Shown here in pieces: positions 63,301 to 64,000 of a DNA stretch of 64,000 nt (position 1 is its first letter; every line of letters begins with the position of its first letter). The DNA lies in contig OZ243040.1 in assembly GCA_965211995.1 (NCBI GenBank), positions 1,362,163 through 1,426,162 on the forward strand, given 5' to 3'. This stretch comes from Candidatus Oxydemutatoraceae bacterium. GTDB taxonomy: Bacteria > Pseudomonadota > Gammaproteobacteria > Poriferisulfidales > Oxydemutatoraceae. The notes under the pieces were generated by a model. That model searched no databases. It was not told the origin of the DNA and was given only the letters and a program-made list of their open reading frames with translations. The translations under genes and the position numbers were made by a program.

Positions 63301-64000
63301 GTACTCCCATCTCCCGTTGGCTTCAAGAGTGAACCTCCCGTACGTGCCGAGACTATCAGGCTGCGCCTCAAACCCAGCGCCCGTAGCCGCCGTGTTGACC
63401 GTCACCGTCCCCGTCGCCGTTGTCGCCTGCGCGTCGTCCTCGGTCACCGCCCCGGCGAGATTCCCGCTGATACTGCTTGCCTGCACCGTGACCGTCACCT
63501 CCGCCTGACCCGTCGCGCCGTCCCCGTCCCTCACCATCAACATGAACACCAGATCCGTGTCCCCGTCCACCGGCGGCGCCGTGAACACCAGCATGTTGCC
63601 CGTGTTAATGTCGGTGAGATCCACCCCCGTCCCCTGCAGCGTCCACACGAACGTCAGCAATGTGCTGTCCGTATCGCTTGAACCGCTACCGTCCAGCGTC
63701 ACCTCCGCGCCCTCCAACACGGGGGGCGTGGTCACCAACCTCGCCACCGCCACCGGCGCGTCGTTTATTGGTCCGATATCAATAGTCACCGTCGCCACGT
63801 CGGCGCTGTCCAACTCGCCGTCGTTCACCCGGTAGGTGAAACTGTCCGACCGCGGCGTCTCGCTGCCGTCGTGGGTATAACTGAATGTCCCGTCCGAATT
63901 CAGACTAAATGGCACGGCGTGGTCCGGCCCACTCACCAACTCGGCGATTAAATCGCTCCGATCCGTATCCACATCCGTGTCGTTGTCCAGCACGCTCGTC
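36394..64000 (-). CDS. Giant repetitive surface protein/adhesin (VCBS, PKD-like, cadherin/Ig-like repeats) with C-terminal GlyGly-CTERM; 5' end lies beyond the window
   Basis: Single frame of >9,199 codons, open to the window edge. Repeats YGTFxxxxxGxWxYxLDN...ITVTGANDAP, VNAGEDQIV...FTAP and DGTFSYxHDGSE...DSFTY. C-terminus SGGGGGAMDPVWLLLLLLGALPYGRRRR. Confidence 0.93.
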   Translation of the reverse strand, partial: TSVLDNDTDVDTDRSDLIAELVSGPDHAVPFSLNSDGTFSYTHDGSETPRSDSFTYRVNDGELDSADVATVTIDIGPINDAPVAVARLVTTPPVLEGAEVTLDGSGSSDTDSTLLTFVWTLQGTGVDLTDINTGNMLVFTAPPVDGDTDLVFMLMVRDGDGATGQAEVTVTVQASSISGNLAGAVTEDDAQATTATGTVTVNTAATGAGFEAQPDSLGTYGRFTLEANGRWEYVLDNGGVETNRLGAGVTADDVFRVTTTDGAEAEVEITVTGANDPAVFSGDLTGEVTEDDDDRTTATATVVVTVSDVDGENRIASVAASGDLVNAVEVNAPAGASVEGVYGTFTLEANGNWEYVLDNGDPDTEALGAGDTQVDEFTVTAADDTEGEVVITVTGANDAPVAEIVDPPATVTVGEEVSLEGMGSDVDDEDAVLTYAWSAARTGGGDAGGFGNAEIADTTWRAPDVAGNVVLTLTVSDDELPEGRTDEATAEVTVQAAPVTPEISGTVTGTVVEDDVGRNMATGQLTVSPDVDFDVQGESPGTYGTFSINADGLWTYTLDNGADETNALAQGSSGTDTFGVTAAGATAEVAITVIGANDAPTAAFIVQVNGITVAADSTVTGGAAVDLVGSGDDVDAGAELTYEWSVTPDDLGANVFTRPSEANTQWTAPTRVRGAGVTLMLTVSDGVASATTEARVLVDAEAAFDLVANRALIYTVGDAVAQNLETAISGNSSLTYSFEAEGGGGLPDGLEFDGGSGAFGFSPVLGGTARSVQVETNYIHRVRDFDDDVATVRYTIAVMEAQAPTVMFFGTTGFVTEDDVLEVGGFLSLADESGEDIRDAQFTVSEQDGQYGTFAPGTSGNAAEWIYVLDNRSTAVQGLGAGDEVNDEFGVSAQFGDGGRFDVSATVVITVTGANDAPTAAFTAQANGTTVEAGGALTVVGGTTVELDGSGSSDVDTGDTLTYLWSAVDADGSAVGTFNDMEAVVTTWTAPADEGDVTLSLIVRDDEETDEASPVAVTVEADTNNVPVVNAGEDQIVGEGDSVTLSGSATDPDGDELTTFSWRQTDVTGNNVVLTDDDSEDATFTAPTGLSGDVTLTFELAVTDARDGVGRDEVNVEVIASGPDSVAVVGGILSGTVMEASGDVAESESATATGVLRAVNVEASAVSFGLAAGEDGIGTYGTLSITGDVWTYELDDASTRTDALNTNDAPDEEFVVQAAANTTGTVTVTVIGVNDPPVAVDDTITVDEDGTATVLEGGETSVLANDTDADTDRSGLTARLENGPARHEGGAFTLALDGTFSYQHDGSETTSDSFTYRVNDGELDSTNVATVTIEIRPINDAPVAVDDRIAVDEGGTATALDSGETSVLDNDTDVDTDRSDLTARLENGPARHEGGAFTLALDGTFSYQHDGSETTSDSFTYRVNDGELDSTNVATVTIDIRPINDTPTAVAVASPTTAAARAVVTLDGSGSSDPEGDTLTFEWVQTVGPGEVLSDVVTNVQQLTFTAPSGLVDDEVLTFMLTVTEQGLDGLSDSTAVAVTVEADTNNVPVVNAGEDQIVGEGDSVTLSGSATDPDGDELTTFSWRQTDVTGNNVVLTDDDSEDATFTAPTGLSGDVTLTFELAVTDARDGVGRDEVNVEVIASGPDSVAVVGGILSGTVMEASGDVAESESATATGVLRAVNVEASAVSFGLAAGEDGIGTYGTLSITGDVWTYELDDASTRTDALNTNDAPDEEFVVQAAANTTGTVTVTVIGVNDPPVAVDDTITVDEDGTATVLEGGETSVLANDTDADTDRSGLTARLENGPARHEGGAFTLALDGTFSYQHDGSETTSDSFTYRVNDGELDSTNVATVTIEIRPINDAPVAVDDAITVDEGGTATALDSGETSVLDNDTDADTDRSDLIAELVSGPDHAVPFSLNSDGTFSYTHDGSETPRSDSFTYRVNDGELDSADVATVTIDIGPINDAPVAVARLVTTPPVLEGAEVTLDGSGSSDTDSTLLTFVWTLQGTGVDLTDINTGNMLVFTAPPVDGDTDLVFMLMVRDGDGATGQAEVTVTVQASSISGNLAGAVTEDDAQATTATGTVTVNTAATGAGFEAQPDSLGTYGRFTLEANGRWEYVLDNGGVETNRLGAGVTADDVFRVTTTDGAEAEVEITVTGANDPAVFSGDLTGEVTEDDDDRTTATATVVVTVSDVDGENRIASVAASGDLVNAVEVNAPAGASVEGVYGTFTLEANGNWEYVLDNGDPDTEALGAGDTQVDEFTVTAADDTEGEVVITVTGANDAPVAEIVDPPATVTVGEEVSLEGMGSDVDDEDAVLTYAWSAARTGGGDAGGFGNAEIADTTWRAPDVAGNVVLTLTVSDDELPEGRTDEATAEVTVQAAPVTPEISGTVTGTVVEDDVGRNMATGQLTVSPDVDFDVQGESPGTYGTFSINADGLWTYTLDNGADETNALAQGSSGTDTFGVTAAGATAEVAITVIGANDAPTAAFIVQVNGITVAADSTVTGGAAVDLVGSGDDVDAGAELTYEWSVIPDDLGANVFTRPSEANTQWTAPTRVRGAGVTLMLTVSDGVASATTEARVLVDAEAAFDLVANRALIYTVGDAVAQNLETAISGNSSLTYSFEAEGGGGLPDGLEFDGGSGAFGFSPVLGGTARSVQVETNYIHRVRDFDDDVATVRYTIAVMEAQAPTVMFFGTTGFVTEDDVLEVGGFLSLADESGEDIRDAQFTVSEQDGQYGTFAPGTSGNAAEWIYVLDNRSTAVQGLGAGDEVNDEFGVSAQFGDGGRFDVSATVVITVTGANDAPTAAFTAQANGTTVEAGGALTVVGGTTVELDGSGSSDVDTGDTLTYLWSAVDADGSAVGTFNDMEAVVTTWTAPADEGDVTLSLIVRDDEETDEASPVAVTVEADTNNVPVVNAGEDQIVGEGDSVTLSGSATDPDGDELTTFSWRQTDVTGNNVVLTDDDSEDATFTAPTGLSGDVTLTFELAVTDARDGVGRDEVNVEVIASGPDSVAVVGGILSGTVMEASGDVAESESATATGVLRAVNVEASAVSFGLAAGEDGIGTYGTLSITGDVWTYELDDASTRTDALNTNDAPDEEFVVQAAANTTGTVTVTVIGVNDPPVAVDDTITVDEDGTATVLEGGETSVLANDTDADTDRSGLTARLENGPARHEGGAFTLALDGTFSYQHDGSETTSDSFTYRVNDGELDSTNVATVTIEIRPINDAPVAVDDRIAVDEGGTATALDSGETSVLDNDTDVDTDRSDLTARLENGPARHEGGAFTLALDGTFSYQHDGSETTSDSFTYRVNDGELDSTNVATVTIDIRPINDTPTAVAVASPTTAAARAVVTLDGSGSSDPEGDTLTFEWVQTVGPGEVLSDVVTNVQQLTFTAPSGLVDDEVLTFMLTVTEQGLDGLSDSTAVAVTVEADTNNVPVVNAGEDQIVGEGDSVTLSGSATDPDGDELTTFSWRQTDVTGNNVVLTDDDSEDATFTAPTGLSGDVTLTFELAVTDARDGVGRDEVNVEVIASGPDSVAVVGGILSGTVMEASGDVAESESATATGVLRAVNVEASAVSFGLAAGEDGIGTYGTLSITGDVWTYELDDASTRTDALNTNDDPDEEFVVQAAANTTGTVTVTVIGVNDPPVAVDDTITVDEDGTATVLEGGETSVLANDTDADTDRSGLTARLENGPARHEGGAFTLALDGTFSYQHDGSETTSDSFTYRVNDGELDSTNVATVTIEIRPINDAPVAVDDAITVDEGGTATALDSGETSVLDNDTDVDTDRSDLIAELVSGPDHAVPFSLNSDGTFSYTHDGSETPRSDSFTYRVNDGELDSADVATVTIDIGPINDAPVAVARLVTTPPVLEGAEVTLDGSGSSDTDSTLLTFVWTLQGTGVDLTDINTGNMLVFTAPPVDGDTDLVFMLMVRDGDGATGQAEVTVTVQASSISGNLAGAVTEDDAQATTATGTVTVNTAATGAGFEAQPDSLGTYGRFTLEANGRWEYVLDNGGVETNRLGAGVTADDVFRVTTTDGAEAEVTITVTGANDPAVFSGDLTGEVTEDDDDRTTATATVTVTVSDVDGENRIASVAASGDLVNAVEVNALAGPASVAGVYGMLEIDANGLWTYTLDNGDPDTEALGAGDTQVDEFTVTAADDTEGEVVITVTGANDAPVAEIVDPPVTVTFGQVVSLDGTGSDVDDAVGTLTYEWSAARAGGGDAGGFGNVGSEDTTWTAPGEAGAVTLTLTVSDGEETDEATAEVTVQAAAVTPEISGTVTGTVVEDVGPDMVTGQLTIVGGSGVFTMQERTTLTYGCFTLNTDGEWTYSLLNMSTRTDALGEGDSVEDVFTAMAELTGGGGTLTADVRITVEGTNDAAVFAGVPQGAVFEDAEQTMATGVLTVSDVDGEDVITMVAASGDLGNVEDVDALAASSVEGTYGTLEITALGTWTYTLDNDNENTDALNVDTMPVPVDEFTVTAMDGTTAAVSVMVFGANDAVDFSGSDLSGEVVEAGAGVDGTDEASGTLTVNDVDSVGTTSVGTAARTEVYGVFTLVEDGGSVTEWMYALDNDREVTNALAQGSSVTDTLTVAADDGTQATVVITIIGANDAPTAVAVASPTTAAARAVVTLDGSGSSDPEDDALTFEWDQTGGPGEVLSDVVTNVQQLTFTAPSGLVDDEVLTFMLMVTEQGLDGLSDSTAVAVTVEADTNNVPVVNAGEDQIVGEGDSVTLSGSATDPDGDELTTFSWEQPGGTVVGLSDAAAEQPTFTAPSNGEETLTFRLTVTDARNGVGRDEVDVEVIASGSDPVVGGILSGTVMEASGDVAESATATGVLRAVNVEASAVLFGLADGEEDGIGTYGTLSITDNVWTYQLDDTREATNALDENDRPNDEFVVQAAANTTGTVTVTVIGVNDPPVAEDDTITVDEDGTATVLEGGETSVLANDTDAEGDDLTAELVTLPTHHAGAFTLALDGTFSYVHDGSEEATDSFTYMVNDGELDSTNVATVTIEIRPINDAPVAVDDRIAVDEGGTATALDSGETSVLDNDTDADTDRSGLTAELVSGPAHAMPFSLNSDGTFSYTHDGSETPRSDSFTYMVNDGELDSADVATVTIDIGPINDAPVAVIADPPDDVLEGDEVTLDGSGSSDADNDSLTFEWALPPGTGMNLTGIDTSQPTLMFTAPPVDGDTDLVFMLTVTDGDGATGQAEVTVTVQASSIGGNLAGAVTEDDAQATTATGTVSVNTEATGAGFEAQPDSLGLYGTFTLEANGRWEYVLDNGRVETNRLGAGATADDVFRVMTTDGAEADVTITVTGANDPAVFSGDLTGEVTEDDDDRTTATATVTVTVSDVDGGNRIASVAASGDLGNAVEVAAPARASVEGVYGMLEIDADGLWTYTLDNINLDTEALGAGDTQVDEFTVTAADDTEGEVVITVTGANDAPVAEIVDPPATVTVGEEVSLEGMGSDVDDEDAVLTYAWSAARTGGGDAGGFGNAEIADTTWRAPDVAGNVVLTLTVSDDELPEGRTDEATAEVTVQAAPVTPEISGTVTGTVVEDVGPDMVTGQLTIVGGSGVFTMRERTTLTYGCFTLNTDGEWTYSLLNMSTRTDALGEGDSVEDVFTAMAELNDGGGTLTADVRITVEGTNDAAVFAGVPQGAVFEDAEQTMATGVLTVSDVDGEDVITLVAASGDEEPVVANEESSVVGTYGTLEITALGTWTYTLNNDDAETDALNEGDRPVDEFTVTAMDGTTAAVSVMVFGMNDAVDFSGSDLSGEVIEAGAEDDGTDDASGTLTVNDVDSVGTTSVETAARTEVYGVFTLVEEGGSVTGWRYALNNDRIVTNALAEGSSVTDTLTVRAQDGTQATVVITIIGANDAPTAVAVASTTTAAARAVVTLDGSGSSDPEGDALTFEWVQTDVVVGTDVSLLPNAAAERPTFTAPTGLTVDQVLTFMLTVTEQGSGGLSDATTVTVEAEADTNNVPVVNAGRDQIVGERDVVTLSGSATDPDGDELTTFSWRQTDVTGNNVMLDDDNSGGATFEAPAGLSGDVTLTFELAVTDARNGVGRDDVDVEVIASGSDPVVGGILSGTVMEASGDVAESATATGVLRAVNVDASDVLFGLADGENGIGTYGTLSITDNVWTYQLDDTREATNALDENDRPNDEFVVQAAANTTGTVTVTVIGVNDPPVAVGDRIAVDEGGTVEVLMDGMTTSVLTNDTDAEGDGLTAWLVTGPVHHMGAAFTLASSGTFSYQHDGSETTSDSFTYMVNDGELDSANVATVTITITGVNNAPQAAAAAGVETATGLVQPVYAGETVVLDGSGSSDPENDAANVSLGYEWVRTDTGTAILSLMGDTNVMATFVAPSVDTDTELEFTVTVTDSGGLTDTEVVSVNVVAVEISGEAAGVVVEDQTLSVEGALTLNARGGFEATTTTQTYGEFAVRSDGSWTYTLNNFNVVTQRLGASARVEEMYQVAAAVSDETAEVTITVGGTNDDPVAEIVNAPATVAVGQVVDLNGMGSDVDDGDSLAYVWSAEHEGGGDAGSFDDMTAEDPMWTVPGNEGNVTLTLTVNDDQTGTDEVSARVLVEALAVRGTLTGTVTEDAVTTTATGVVFLNAEGGNFAVQSNVRGTYGTFSITGAGVWTYTLDNDDEDTDALSAGAMVDDTFMVNATAASESAMATVTITVTGADDLPVFAGDTTGRVIEDTQVTAEGSLRVEDPDSDDEVEVQRTTGTYGVFVTTTATWTYTLTSGDADTEALRAGQEVNEQVFVVRAESGLTTQVMITVTGTNDAPVAVNDEFTVDEGGTVTGNVLTNDGDVDHLIPDEVTISIVFQSGPSSGTFVSVNFQTGVFTYQHNGTPTATDSFSYVVNDGDLDSNEAVVTIMVNDVNDPPVAMIAPPPIGGVPEGAMVTLDGSGSTDEETASEDLEYRWGQTSSGGMADLTGVDLDQSMLTFTAPLVDMDTNLEFTLTVMDEEGATDQATVTVRVRAGVISPDGLTGEVFEDDEARTTAAGRVMVDTTADFVPPSDASTTYGTFNLEAGGDWSYRLNNASSATDALNRGDTVIERFQVMTTDNTEASVTITVHGANDAAVFSGESTGTVTEGDDTRTAATGVLMVDDVDDDNLIASASTPGASSVSQPGDEVRSIYGTFMITAMGTWTYMLDNDRDATNALAEGMVVSDTLTVTTTDGTPGTVVITVTGANDPPVARNDAITVAEDGTATVLADGMASVLANDSDVDTAQDALMVSVVREPAEGTLRLDNDGTFSYTHDGSETPRSDSFTYEVSDGEGGTAEAMVAITITGENDPPVAVDDQFMVDEGGMVTGDVLANDTDADNNVLTATIVTLPANHRGAFTLNSNGMFSYRHDGSETTSDSFIYLADDGEGGTDEATVTIDVIPQNDAPTAQITVPDVVISGRVVSVVGTGGDEDTNLVDLTYTWSAVFEGGASAGTFVPNSDNAAQNSMWTVPSGVSVAMDVTLTLMVDDGEDSVTVEVTVTVTPVPVIAGNLEVSVSEDDASAEGSLTINNPPFGNSDFVEQTAMTAENYGTFVITAQGEWTYTLNSTVTNTLSAGTNPVDEFIVVAAGDAQTMATVEIMVIGENDAAVFSGDDTGTVTEGTEDDAGQMTATGGRMVDDVDGANMIASASTPRASSVSQPGDDVQGTYGAFVITATGAWTYRLNNDDEDTDALNVGTIPVPMDEFTVTAADGTAGTVTITVMGANDAPVAMDDSVTVVEGGTVVVEVLANDEDVDDTAPGDLTVSVMRGVMPGQGGTLTLNTDMTFSYAHDGSETTSDSFIYQVTDNGGLFDEATVTITITGENDPPTVQITVPAPEDRVVISGRTVSVSGMGTDMETLANLLIYTWSAALADGTPGDVGSFAPNDSNVAQDSMWMAPSGVSVATRVTLMLTVSDGADSATAEVEVTVTPVPMITGDLVVSVNEDDTSAERSLTIVNPPFGDNTFVVQSDVDGNYGRFEIRAQGDWTYTLNSVVTNALSAGTNPVDEFIVVAAGDDQTMAAVRITVIGENDAAVFSGDDTGTVTEGTEDDAGQMTATGGRMVDDVDGANMIASASTPRASSVSQPGDDVQGTYGAFVITATGAWTYRLNNDDEDTDALNVGAAPMDEFTVTAADGTAGTVTITVQGANDAPVAMDDAITVAEGGTATMLADGVTASVLANDSDVDTAQGGLIVSSVVREPTQGTLTLTIGGDGTFTYQHNGNEPVSENFIYEVSDGQGGTAEATVTITITGENDAPTAVINAPASVNEGTPVTLDGSGSSDPEGALSYAWTQTDGTTVALDNPTAAQPMFTAPPQLVMDVVLTFQLTVTDGGTPGLTGVATIDITVVAGANDAPTVDAGDDLIVGEGDMVTLEGSGADPEGETLSYAWTQTDGTPTVDLDDPTAAQTTFIAPDLLVEDAELMFQLTVSDARNSSDNDTVMVTVIAVNDTPTALADVSDDMVAQGATVILDGSRSRDPEGQPLSFEWEQIGTPVVALDDPTAAQPMFTAPNVAMNTDLTFQLTVTDMHSTTPLSAVDTVGVMVSSSVAISINGENLAPGAVGDGVPSPYILVPGKAAMTRINPAVATCAECGDNLIAYEYTPACAMAIIEGDSAAVGCSPLDLRPTSINSFTTRVLWEGFSSDPDPDVRVRAIRYIYVAPPVGFDVEALVVRETGTQNVDLPISVAASLDDMGAPVEVSTFSITVGDGDAEDVAPAGFNEDHPQRGSLQAVGVSLPAADSTGAVVIESVNDFIFSGASNTNEIGGLTAGDLTGQRLFALGNAAVMVSVYGRPDEAEFNFFTDQTASQPTSLPLNVADVATAFPIFNVTGAAEFTISVRKYGTDAAGPNRFSPPIDIGDLAMAAASSPVNLRDVAAAIDGIAGETIEVRAVSTPGATVEGEFRVIVVTDEVDGDNDGVPDDHADENEVNRRLLQAYRNGEARDPDPDEAQQMAQQMALRMSGPPIQSDLTLALGGYAQAAARVQGAGADSSEDFSAALRSAALGTLGINQEVPNRGDLIGTLNTATGVFDYAVSGMEDGDVVTVVIPLLAPATVITGQTWLVHKFRDTTAAGLEWSEFIQTNTDRVYSAPKPCPAISASRQPDDEAFNRDAHAWYLAATAGVRTGDECLLLQIQDGGVNDVQVNDADLTANGVIHDPVALVVFTEDEETPDPDPDPTSGGGGGAMDPVWLLLLLLGALPYGRRRRTPRPATARD
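36420..36510 (-). other. GlyGly-CTERM (rhombosortase) sorting signal
   Basis: SGGGGG + hydrophobic helix + RRRR, preceded by a PDPDPDP linker. Confidence 0.85.
39570..41340. repeat. Module repeated at a 1275-bp offset inside the giant gene
   Basis: Identical antisense ORFs at 39747 and 41022. Confidence 0.85.
45430..53000. repeat. More diverged ~3.8-kb in-frame repeat
   Basis: Similar antisense ORFs at 45608/49415 and 47285/51092 (offset 3807). Confidence 0.85.
51670..64000. repeat. Near-identical 5658-bp in-frame tandem repeat (>=2.2 copies) containing a 1566-bp sub-repeat
   Basis: Identical antisense ORFs at 52226/57884/63542 (period 5658) and 52976/54542 (period 1566). Confidence 0.95.

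Overview
GC-rich, probably gammaproteobacterial chromosome segment; a host-associated lifestyle such as a marine invertebrate symbiont is inferred only. The left ~35 kb is mostly housekeeping. It holds the end-truncated Fic gene, truA-asd-leuBDC, thrC-hom-alaC-yqaA, a low-GC methyltransferase/sulfotransferase islet, pcm-surE, and molybdenum cofactor genes (moeA, moaE, moaB, moaA, moeB, mobA, mobB) interleaved with accessory genes, followed by gltA, metX, icd and aceA. A complete IS3-family element with a 4-bp target duplication comes next. The right 27.6 kb is the 3' part of one giant (>9,199 aa, open at the window edge) acidic VCBS/PKD/cadherin-like repeat protein. It ends in a GlyGly-CTERM anchor, is built from nested kb-scale repeats and is almost free of lysine. 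Two further unexplained signals stand out. First, there are at least six local 112-176 bp tandem duplications at gene starts/ends; several have microhomology junctions and two preserve ATGA translational coupling through new mini-ORFs. Second, a ~175-bp element with terminal inverted repeats is present three times. No rRNA, tRNA or CRISPR array could be supported.
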